Sequence record: SRR31156797_927
DNA length: 35,221 bases
Direction: 5' to 3' (one strand)
Position 1 is the first letter of the stretch. Each line of letters starts with the position of its first letter. Made by a program: the position numbers and the translations under genes. Below the pieces are notes generated by a model. It saw only the letters and a list, made by a program, of their open reading frames with translations, did not search any database and had not been told where the DNA came from. Below are positions 7,910 through 16,149 of the stretch, one piece after another.

Positions 7910-9214
7910 ATGGAATCCAGCTATATCCCTGCAATGATAATGAGCGGTATGCTTCTGATGCTGCTGGTCATGGGTGTGCCCATTTCTTTCGTCCTGACCT
8001 TTCTCGGCATCTTTGCCTGTTTTGTATGGATCGGAGCCGGATCTATTCTTCAGATCGTGCAGACTTTCTTCGGCACTTGCTCATCGGAAATTCTGCTGTG
8101 TCTACCGCTTTTTTTGTTGATGGCGGAGATCGTTGTGGTGGCGGACATCGGTAAAGACCTTTTCAACGCCATCAAGCTCTGGATGGGTCGGCTAAAAGGG
8201 GGTGTGGCCGGAGCCACGCTCATCGGTTGCGGCCTTTTTGCCGCGGTAAGCGGTTCCAGTACGGCTACCATTGCCGCAGTCGGTACCATAGCCCTGATTG
8301 AAATGTTGCGTTTGGGGTATAGAAAAGACTTCGCCAGCGGCACGGTGGGCGTGGGGGGCACCTTGGGGGTCATGATACCGCCGAGCATCATCATGATTTT
8401 ATACGGGGCACTTACCGATCAGTCCATCGGAAAACTGTTCATCGCCGGTGTGGTACCCGGGATTATGTTGGCAATGGGGTATGTGGGATTCGCCATTTTC
8501 CGGGCTTATCACAACCCCCTGCTGGCCCCGGTCCCCCTTGAAAAAATCCCGCTCCAGGAAAAACTTCGCGCTTCCCGATCCGTTATCCCTTTTTTCATTA
8601 TTTTTGTCGCCATGTTCTGGGCATTTTACACGGGTGTGGCCACCCCCACGGAAGTGGCCGCCGTAGGGGTTCTGGCGTCTCTGATCATCAGCGTCGGGAT
8701 GGGAAGATTGAACCTGTCGGCCCTGTTTAAGGCAACCGGCAGGGCCGGTGCAACCACCGCCTTTGTTCTGTTTATTATTGCCGGAGCCAAGTTTTTCACC
8801 TTTACGGTTTCCGCCACCGGCGTTACCCGTTTACTGACCGAGAGCATTATCAGTCTTGGCTTGTCCCAGTTTCAACTCGTCCTGCTGATGATGCTGATCT
8901 ATTTGATGATGGGATGTTTTATTGATCCGGCAGGTATGCTCACCCTTACAATTCCGTTTTTTCTACCTGTCCTGGTGGCAGCAAATGTGGATCTGATCTG
9001 GTTCGGTATCCTTGCCACGGTCAATTCGGAATTGGGGTACTGCACGCCGCCATTCGGGTTTAATCTGTTTGTGCTGAAAGGCGTGGCACCGCCGGAGGTG
9101 AGTATCCAGAATATTATCAAGGGTGTATTACCCTTTATTGTGGTCGATTTCATATTACTTATTCTTATTTTGTTTTTTCCTCAAATTGTGCTCTGGCTTC
9201 CATCACACATGTAG
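7910..9214 (+). CDS. dctM: TRAP transporter large permease
   Basis: GVPISF; FAAVSGSSTA; GGTLGVMIPPSI..ILYG; TPTE; TPPFG.NLFV. Confidence 0.95.
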   Translation: MESSYIPAMIMSGMLLMLLVMGVPISFVLTFLGIFACFVWIGAGSILQIVQTFFGTCSSEILLCLPLFLLMAEIVVVADIGKDLFNAIKLWMGRLKGGVAGATLIGCGLFAAVSGSSTATIAAVGTIALIEMLRLGYRKDFASGTVGVGGTLGVMIPPSIIMILYGALTDQSIGKLFIAGVVPGIMLAMGYVGFAIFRAYHNPLLAPVPLEKIPLQEKLRASRSVIPFFIIFVAMFWAFYTGVATPTEVAAVGVLASLIISVGMGRLNLSALFKATGRAGATTAFVLFIIAGAKFFTFTVSATGVTRLLTESIISLGLSQFQLVLLMMLIYLMMGCFIDPAGMLTLTIPFFLPVLVAANVDLIWFGILATVNSELGYCTPPFGFNLFVLKGVAPPEVSIQNIIKGVLPFIVVDFILLILILFFPQIVLWLPSHM

Positions 9215-9323
9215 TTGGTGTGGCGGTTCATGGAGAGGGTCATGGGGGGATTTATGATGTTCTGTTTGTTGCGGATAGTTGAATTTTGAAAATGTAAACC
9301 CTTTATTAAAAGAAGAAGGATGA

Positions 9324-10358
9324 ATGGAAATGATTCTACCAGGCAAAGTGACATTGTCGGACCTGACGGTCCGGGACGGCTTCCAGAGTGAAAAACGCGT
9401 TATCCCGACCGATGCGAAACTCTATATCATTAACGGTCTTGTGGATGCGGGCTTCAGGGAAATGGAGGTGGCAGCTTTTGCGCCTCCCCGGTATCAACCC
9501 CAATTCAGGGATTGGGAAGAAGTGCTGAAGGGGCTGCCCGATCGGGATGATGTGACCTATTCCTGCGTGACCACGGGCAAAAAAGCAACTCAAAGGGCTC
9601 TGCTGGCAAGGGAAAAGGGATATCGTGTGGACAGGATTCTACTGGGGATTCTTCCTGCCAGTGAAAAACTTAACAAGATCGTTCTTGGATTAAATTACGA
9701 AGAAACCTGGCAATGGATCGCTGAAACCGTGAGGATTGCCCACCAACTGGATATGAAAGTAAACGTTTTTTTAACGGGCATCTTCAGCCCCCCTGATCCG
9801 GAAGAGAAACGGGTGGACCTCATGGAACGTGCTTTGGCGTTTGTGGACAAACTCCTGGACATCGGCGTGGATGATATCGAGCATCCCGACCATCTGGGGG
9901 AATCGTGCCCGGAGCGGGTTTATGCTTATTTTACCCGTGTTCTCGAAAAGCATCCGGATCCCAATCTGCACGTCTTCCACATTCATGACGCGAGAGGGTT
10001 GGGTCTTGCATGCTATTTTGCGGCACTGCAGGCCGGCATTACCCGCTTCGAGACGACCATGGGGGGGCTTGGAGGATGGCCCGCAAACTTTGTGGACGAC
10101 GTCCCCGTGCCGGGCTTAATCGGCTTGACCGAGGTCTCCCGGCGCCCCGGTCTTGTTTCCACGGAAGATTTTCTGGTCATGCTGGACGGGATGGGAATTG
10201 AATCGGGAATCGATCTGGATAAGGTCATGGTGCTCGGAAGAATGGTCGAACAGATTGTCGGGCGTGAACTCTGGAGTTTTACACAGGGGACGGGTATGAG
10301 CCGTCCCGGAGCGGGACGTATTCCCGAAATACAAGAATATAAGAAGGAACAAAGGTAA
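9324..10358 (+). CDS. HMG-CoA lyase-like DRE-TIM metallolyase (substrate uncertain)
   Basis: DLTVRDGFQ; EMEV; HIHDARGLG (HxH); GGLGGWP; VSTED; GIESGIDLDK. Confidence 0.88.
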   Translation: MEMILPGKVTLSDLTVRDGFQSEKRVIPTDAKLYIINGLVDAGFREMEVAAFAPPRYQPQFRDWEEVLKGLPDRDDVTYSCVTTGKKATQRALLAREKGYRVDRILLGILPASEKLNKIVLGLNYEETWQWIAETVRIAHQLDMKVNVFLTGIFSPPDPEEKRVDLMERALAFVDKLLDIGVDDIEHPDHLGESCPERVYAYFTRVLEKHPDPNLHVFHIHDARGLGLACYFAALQAGITRFETTMGGLGGWPANFVDDVPVPGLIGLTEVSRRPGLVSTEDFLVMLDGMGIESGIDLDKVMVLGRMVEQIVGRELWSFTQGTGMSRPGAGRIPEIQEYKKEQR

Positions 10359-10362
10359 TATT

Positions 10363-12021
10363 ATGAGTGTGGAAAAGATAAGGAAAAACCAGGAAAAATG
10401 GGAAGCCGAACACCAATTGGAGCGGCTTCCCACCGCAAAAAGCGATATGGGGGAAGCGTTAAAGGTCGTGTACACCCCGGCCGATGTCGATCATGTGGAC
10501 TATCTAAAGGATATCGGCTATCCCGGCGAGTACCCTTACACCCGGGGCGTTTATCCCGGAATGTACCGAAAAAGACCCTGGCAAATGCGTCTCTATTCCG
10601 GGTTCGGCACGGCGGAAGACACCAATAAGCGGTGGAAATTCCTTCTGGAGAGGGGGAATAACGGTGTGGCCGTCGCCTTTGACCTCCCTACCCAGATGGG
10701 TATCAATTCCGACCATCCCCATGCGGAGGATGAGGTGGGGAGGTTGGGCGTGGCCATTGACACGCTTCGGGATATGGAAATCCTGTATGCGGATCTGCCT
10801 CTGGAAAAACTGGTCTCCTCCTTTAACATCAATGCGCCGGCAGCCATTATCCTCGCCATGTATATTGCCATGGGAGAGAAACAGGGCGTGCCTTTGGAAA
10901 GACTCGCAGGAACCATTTCAAATGATATCCTTTGCGAATATGTTTCTCGCGGCATGTGGGTATTCCCCCCATCCCCCGCCCTCCGATTGGTGGGCGATCT
11001 TGCGGAATATTGCGCCAAACACCTGACCAAATTCTATCCCTTCAACATCAGGGGGATCATCATGAGGGAAGCCGGCGCCGACATGATACAGGAAGCGGCC
11101 TTTGCATTTTCAAACGCCCTGGCCTATATCCAGGAAATCACTTCCCGGGGGCTTAACGTGGACGATTTTGCCCCTCGCATCTCTTTCTTTTTTGCAACGG
11201 GACTTCAGATATTTGAAGAGGCGGCACGATACCGGGCGGCCAGAAAACTGTGGGCGAAAATCATGAGAGAAAGGCTCCGTGCCAAAGATCCGAAATCCAT
11301 GCTGTTTCGCTTCACCGGTACAACGGGCGGTAGTTATTACCGGCCCAGGGAACCGCGGAACAATCTGGTTCGAGGCGCTTACGGGCTGCTGGGAAATATC
11401 CTGGGCGGCGCACAGGGCATGCTCCATCCCGCGTGGGATGAACCCTTTGCCATTCCCACGGAGGAATCATCCACCCTGGCCTTGAGAACCCAGCAGATAC
11501 TCGCTTACGAGACCGGCATTACAAAGGTTGCGGACCCCCTGGGAGGGTCCTACTTTGTTGAGGCATTGACAAAGGCATATGAAGGCCGAATTGAAGAAAT
11601 TATGCAAAAAATCGATGAGATGGGAGGAGCGGTAAGGGCCATCGAAGAGGGTTATATGCAAAAGGAAATCGCCGGCGAAGCATACCGCGTTATGAAAGAG
11701 GAGAAATCCGGCGAACGCGTCATCGTGGGCATGAACAAGTTCGTCACGGAAAATGAAAAATCGGAAAAGCATGAAATGGTATTCCATGAGGCGGATCCCC
11801 TCACCCGCCAACGGCAGATGGAACGTCTTGATCGGGTGAGGGAAGAACGGGACAATGTCGCCGTGAGGGACTGCCTCGCCGAACTCAAGGAGAAAGCAAA
11901 GGGTAAGGAAAATCTAATGCCTCACTTGGTGAAGGCCGTAAAGGCATACGCCTCCATAGAGGAAATCATGGAGACCCTCAAGGATGTCTTCGGCACATTT
12001 CGAGAACCCATTAACATATAG
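10363..12021 (+). CDS. Coenzyme B12-dependent acyl-CoA mutase, large substrate-binding subunit (MCM family, divergent specificity)
   Basis: PGEYPYTRG.YP.MY..RPW.MRLYSGF; AFDLPTQMG; NDIL; FAPRISFFF; ALRTQQILAYETG; DPLGGSYFVE. Confidence 0.95.
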   Translation: MSVEKIRKNQEKWEAEHQLERLPTAKSDMGEALKVVYTPADVDHVDYLKDIGYPGEYPYTRGVYPGMYRKRPWQMRLYSGFGTAEDTNKRWKFLLERGNNGVAVAFDLPTQMGINSDHPHAEDEVGRLGVAIDTLRDMEILYADLPLEKLVSSFNINAPAAIILAMYIAMGEKQGVPLERLAGTISNDILCEYVSRGMWVFPPSPALRLVGDLAEYCAKHLTKFYPFNIRGIIMREAGADMIQEAAFAFSNALAYIQEITSRGLNVDDFAPRISFFFATGLQIFEEAARYRAARKLWAKIMRERLRAKDPKSMLFRFTGTTGGSYYRPREPRNNLVRGAYGLLGNILGGAQGMLHPAWDEPFAIPTEESSTLALRTQQILAYETGITKVADPLGGSYFVEALTKAYEGRIEEIMQKIDEMGGAVRAIEEGYMQKEIAGEAYRVMKEEKSGERVIVGMNKFVTENEKSEKHEMVFHEADPLTRQRQMERLDRVREERDNVAVRDCLAELKEKAKGKENLMPHLVKAVKAYASIEEIMETLKDVFGTFREPINI

Positions 12022-12034
12022 GACGGTTAAAAGC

Positions 12035-12451
12035 ATGAATGGAAAAAGAAAGATGAGGGTGTTGGTGGCAAAAGCGGGGCTTGATGGGCATGACAGGGGC
12101 GCCAAAGCCGTTGCCCGGCTTCTGAAGGATGCCGGCATGGAAGTGATTTACGCCGGACTTCATCAAACCCCGGAACAGATTGTCAATGTGGCCATACAGG
12201 AAGATGTGGACGTCATCGGGGTCAGCATCTTATCGGGAGCCCATATGGGGATCTCACGGAAAATCCTGGGGAATCTTCAGAAAAAAAGGGCGAAAAACAT
12301 CGAATACATTGTGGGGGGGATTATCATTGACCGGGATGTTCGGAAACTGAAGGAAATGGGCGTGGCGGAGGTCTTTCCCATGGGTTCGGATATAGATGAT
12401 ATCGTAGCGTTTTTTGAAAAACATAATCACCCATCATTATGTGAAGGATAA
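12035..12451 (+). CDS. Acyl-CoA mutase small subunit (cobalamin-binding)
   Basis: RVLVAKAGLDGHDRGAK (DxHxxG); AIQEDVDVIGVSILSGAH; VGGII. Confidence 0.95.
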   Translation: MNGKRKMRVLVAKAGLDGHDRGAKAVARLLKDAGMEVIYAGLHQTPEQIVNVAIQEDVDVIGVSILSGAHMGISRKILGNLQKKRAKNIEYIVGGIIIDRDVRKLKEMGVAEVFPMGSDIDDIVAFFEKHNHPSLCEG

Positions 12452-12455
12452 TATT

Positions 12456-13595
12456 ATGAGGGATCTGTTCCTGACGGAAGCGCACATGATTTTCCGGGAT
12501 CAAATTCGACGTTTTTGCGAATTTGAAATTGCCCCCCTGGTGCAGGAGGCTGAAGAGACGGAAACTTTCCCAGTATCCCTATTCCCCAAGATGGGGGAAT
12601 TAGGTTATCTGGCTGTTCGTTACCCTGAAACATATGGTGGCGCCGGCGCAGACAAATTAACGGATGTGATCCTCCGTCAGGAAATGTCACGGATTTGTCA
12701 GGGCATTGCCAGCAGTTGGTCATCCCATTCCCATTTGGCCACCTTTCCAATCTATCACGCCGGGACGGAAGACCAAAAGGAAAGGTATCTGGTTCCCGCC
12801 ATTAAAGGGGATAAAATCGGCGGTTTTGCACTTACGGAACCGAATGCCGGTTCGGATACAAGGTCGATTGAGAGCTTCGCAAAAAGGGATGGTGACCATT
12901 ACACCTTGAATGGCTCGAAGACCTTTATATCCAATGCCCCCATCGGCGATTTTCTGACAACCGTGGCTTATACGGATAAAACCAAAGGATACAACGGCAT
13001 CAGCATTTTCATTGTCGATTGCCATACCCCGGGCATGAGCATTACGAAATTAAAGAAAGAGGGGATCCGGTCCTCGGAGACGGGCGAAGTTTCATTTGTG
13101 GATTGTGTTATACCCGTTGCGAACCTGCTGGGTCATAAAGAAGGCAATTACAGCCTGGTTATGGAAACCCTTTCCGAAGGCAGAATCGGTGTATCCGGAA
13201 ATATGCTGGGTGTGGCCCAGGCGGCATTGGAAGCAGCCGTAAAATACGTCAAAGAACGTATCCAGTTTGGTAGGCCCATCGGCAAATTCCAGGCAATTTC
13301 TCACAAGGTGGCGGAAATGGCGACCCAAATTCAGGCGGCGCAACTCATGGTTTACTCAGCCGCTAAGAAAATGGACATGGGGATCGCCTCCACGTTTGAT
13401 GCATCCGCCACCAAGCTTTTTACCTCGGAAGTGGCCGTGAAGGTGGCCCGGGAAACCATTCAAATCTTCGGTGGCTATGGATTCATGCGGGAATATCCGG
13501 TTTTTCGATATTTGAGGGATGCATTGGTCTATACGGTTGGAGAGGGCACTTCCGAAATCCAAAAAAATATCATTGCAAAAGAACTGGGCCTTTGA
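12456..13595 (+). CDS. Acyl-CoA dehydrogenase (catalytic Glu at MCAD-type position)
   Basis: ALTEPNAGSD; LNGSKTFISN; RIQFGRPIGKFQ; QIFGGYG; VGEGTSEIQ. Confidence 0.95.
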   Translation: MRDLFLTEAHMIFRDQIRRFCEFEIAPLVQEAEETETFPVSLFPKMGELGYLAVRYPETYGGAGADKLTDVILRQEMSRICQGIASSWSSHSHLATFPIYHAGTEDQKERYLVPAIKGDKIGGFALTEPNAGSDTRSIESFAKRDGDHYTLNGSKTFISNAPIGDFLTTVAYTDKTKGYNGISIFIVDCHTPGMSITKLKKEGIRSSETGEVSFVDCVIPVANLLGHKEGNYSLVMETLSEGRIGVSGNMLGVAQAALEAAVKYVKERIQFGRPIGKFQAISHKVAEMATQIQAAQLMVYSAAKKMDMGIASTFDASATKLFTSEVAVKVARETIQIFGGYGFMREYPVFRYLRDALVYTVGEGTSEIQKNIIAKELGL

Positions 13596-13659
13596 CACAT
13601 GAACATGCCGGCCTAACCATAAGGACCCATTTTGCTCACATTATCGCGGGAGAGATCCT

Positions 13660-15228
13660 ATGCTGATCGGTGACATCCTTTCCATGAGCGCATACCGTTT
13701 TCCTGACAAAGTGGCGCTCATTACACGGGAAGCTCGCTTGACTTACAAAGAGCTTGAAGCGAATGCCAATAGAATGGCACGTGTTCTTCTGAAACTTGGC
13801 GTAAAAAGGGGAGACCGGGTTGGAATAATAGATAAAACCTGCGGTTCATGCATCGAAACGGCTTTGGCTGTCATCAAAACAGGCGGCATACTGGTCAACA
13901 TTAACAACCTTCTGGGTCACGAAGAACTGCTCGGGGTCATTGAGGACTGTGATCCGGCGGTTTTAATTTTTGGAAATGAATATGAAACGCTGATTCGAGG
14001 CATTAGGGATGTTTCTCCGGGTATCCGACATTATCTCTCCATGGGAAGCTGTGGGTGGACTGTTTCGTTGAAAAGAGAGGCCGCATGCGAACCGGCCGAC
14101 AGCCCCGGTGTTGATATTAAGGAGAACGATGCGTTCATGATTTTGTATACCGCTGGGACCACGGGGGAACCCAAGGGGGCCGTTTATACGCATGGGGCTT
14201 TTTGGGAAAATCTCCTCATGACGGTCATCGATACCTACCAACAGACCTATGGAGACATATGGATCGGTCCCGTACCCATGTACCATATCGGCGGCTTTGG
14301 TACATTAATGCGTATTCTTTTAATGGCAAACACCTTTATATTGAAAAGTAAATTTGATCCGTCGGATTATCTTCTGACCATTGAAAAGGAGAAAGTCACC
14401 ATACTCTATGCCTATCCCACCATGATCAACGCCATGATTCAAACTCCGGAAGCGGATGCGTGTGATCTTTCTTCACTGAAATTGCTCATCTATGGGGGAT
14501 CTCCCATCCCTGAAGCCACTTTAAAGAGCGCTTATGAATTGTTCCGATGTGATTTTCTCCAGAGATACGGCGCCACTGAATGCTGCGGTTCGGCTATTTT
14601 AATCCTTGCGCCGGAAATGCATCGATCGGTTTTGTCGGGGGACGAAATCCATAAAAAGAAATTACAATCGGCGGGCAAACCGTGCCTGGGGGTTAAGGTA
14701 AAACTCATGGCAAAAAATGGTGAGGAGGTAACCGATCCGGGCAAACCCGGAATCTTGCTGGCTCAATTACAAGGGCCGATGAAAGGATACTGGCGGGCGC
14801 CCGGAAAAACAGCCGCGGCCTTTAAAAATGGTTGGCTCTGTTTGGGAGATATCGCAAAATTTGATCAAGACGGGTTCTTTTATCTCGTTGACAGGGCCAA
14901 AGACATGATCGTTAGCGGGGCACGCAATATTTATCCCAGGGAGGTGGAAGAAGTCCTGTACTCCCACCCCGCTGTTAAAGAGGCATGCGTCGTCGGTGTT
15001 CCGGACGACTACTGGGGAGAAGCGGTGAAAGCGGTGGTTGCGTTAAGGCACGACATTAAGGCTACGGAACAAGAACTGATCGCGTATTGCGGTCAGCGTT
15101 TGGCCGGCTATAAGAAGCCTAAAAGCGTTGATTTCGTTGCGTCATTGGCCAAGAATGCCGGGGGGAAAATCGATAAAAAAGAGCTAAGACGGAAGTATTG
15201 GCGAGGAAAGGATAGACTTGTTCATTAA
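13660..15228 (+). CDS. Acyl-CoA synthetase (class I adenylate-forming)
   Basis: YTAGTTGEPKG; YGATE; GWLCLGDIA; DRAKDMIVSGARNIYP; GKIDK. Confidence 0.93.
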   Translation: MLIGDILSMSAYRFPDKVALITREARLTYKELEANANRMARVLLKLGVKRGDRVGIIDKTCGSCIETALAVIKTGGILVNINNLLGHEELLGVIEDCDPAVLIFGNEYETLIRGIRDVSPGIRHYLSMGSCGWTVSLKREAACEPADSPGVDIKENDAFMILYTAGTTGEPKGAVYTHGAFWENLLMTVIDTYQQTYGDIWIGPVPMYHIGGFGTLMRILLMANTFILKSKFDPSDYLLTIEKEKVTILYAYPTMINAMIQTPEADACDLSSLKLLIYGGSPIPEATLKSAYELFRCDFLQRYGATECCGSAILILAPEMHRSVLSGDEIHKKKLQSAGKPCLGVKVKLMAKNGEEVTDPGKPGILLAQLQGPMKGYWRAPGKTAAAFKNGWLCLGDIAKFDQDGFFYLVDRAKDMIVSGARNIYPREVEEVLYSHPAVKEACVVGVPDDYWGEAVKAVVALRHDIKATEQELIAYCGQRLAGYKKPKSVDFVASLAKNAGGKIDKKELRRKYWRGKDRLVH

Positions 15229-15245
15229 CGGCGGGGGAGGACAAA

Positions 15246-15770
15246 ATGGCTGTCTACAGATACGGAAAACATGCGCCTGTAATCGGCGGGGAATGTTATA
15301 TCAGCGATTCGGCAAGAGTCATCGGGAATGTCATTTTGGAAGATTGCTGTTATGTTGGACATGGGGCCGTTATCCGCGCTGATCATGGGACGATCCATAT
15401 CGGACGGGGCTCGGCAATTGAAGAAAATGTTGTAATACATGTCCGTTCCGGGCAGACGTACATTCTGGAAGAACAGGTAACCCTGGGGCATGGGGCCATT
15501 ATCCATGGGGATTTAATAAAGGCTTTTGCCGTTATCGGTATGGGGGCTGTTGTGGGCCGGGAAACCACGGTGGGCAAATGGGCCGTGGTGGCCGAGGGTG
15601 CCGTCGTTCCCAGGGGACAAATAATCGAGGATGAAACCATCGTTGCGGGAGTCCCCGCAAAGGTGATTTCTCAAGTCACATGGAAACATAAAGAATATTG
15701 GGTATGGGCTAAACAAGTCTATGAAGATTTTGCGCGTGATTACGAAAAGGAGCTGGTCAGATTGTACTGA
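15246..15770 (+). CDS. Gamma carbonic anhydrase family protein (PaaY/CaiE/YrdA-like)
   Basis: Hexapeptide repeats; VIRAD; IEENVVIH; VTLGHGAIIHG (three His ligands); AGVPAKV. Confidence 0.9.
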   Translation: MAVYRYGKHAPVIGGECYISDSARVIGNVILEDCCYVGHGAVIRADHGTIHIGRGSAIEENVVIHVRSGQTYILEEQVTLGHGAIIHGDLIKAFAVIGMGAVVGRETTVGKWAVVAEGAVVPRGQIIEDETIVAGVPAKVISQVTWKHKEYWVWAKQVYEDFARDYEKELVRLY

Positions 15771-15855
15771 AACGACGCTCCAAACCTTATTGATTTTGAC
15801 TGGTAGCCCAGGAAGATATTTTTTATTCCGCGAGGGTTTTAAAATGACATTGGAG

Positions 15856-16047
15856 ATGAACACGGAATAGATATTGAGAGGTAAGAAAATCCTTATTGTG
15901 GATGATGAGCAAGGTATCCTTGATGTATTAACCGAACTTCTGTCCGGATGTAAGATAGATGCCGTATCCGGCCGTAATCCAACAATAGTATCAGCGCTTA
16001 TATCCCCTTCGGGGCTCCCGAACATGAGGGGTCCTCTCCCGCCTTAA
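15856..16047 (+). pseudogene. Truncated response-regulator receiver remnant with an in-frame TAG
   Basis: Hand translation MNTE*ILRGKKILIVDDEQGILDVLTELLSGCKID...; REC beta1/alpha1 motif, then similarity is lost before the phospho-Asp strand; TAA at 16045. Confidence 0.7.
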
Positions 16048-16073
16048 CATTCGTGGTTACGGGGATATTTTTC

Positions 16074-16135
16074 TTGACAGAATAAAATATGTTCCGTTAA
16101 ATGAACTATCATCAGTCAGCTGAATACTATTTAGC
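16074..16135 (+). promoter_or_regulatory. Putative tetR promoter (-35) and palindromic operator
   Basis: TTGACA 16074-16079 (-10 not convincing); GCTGAATA-C-TATTTAGC 16119-16135 (7/8 inverted repeat) just before the GAGGAG RBS. Confidence 0.5.
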
Positions 16136-16149
16136 ATGAGGAGGAACCC

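Noticed and set aside
10363-12451. Annotation as ordinary methylmalonyl-CoA or isobutyryl-CoA mutase
   Set aside because: The Gln197, Tyr243, His244 and Gln330 equivalents differ from MCM, and Tyr89/Arg207 differ from ICM.
15785-15812. Minus-strand ...GGGCTACCA followed by AAAATCAATAAG, resembling a tRNA-end att remnant
   Set aside because: Only about 9 nt are tRNA-like and there is no T-arm; indistinguishable from chance.
15868-15870. In-frame TAG as a pyrrolysine codon
   Set aside because: The reading frame is truncated anyway and no pyl genes are in the window; a nonsense mutation is simpler.
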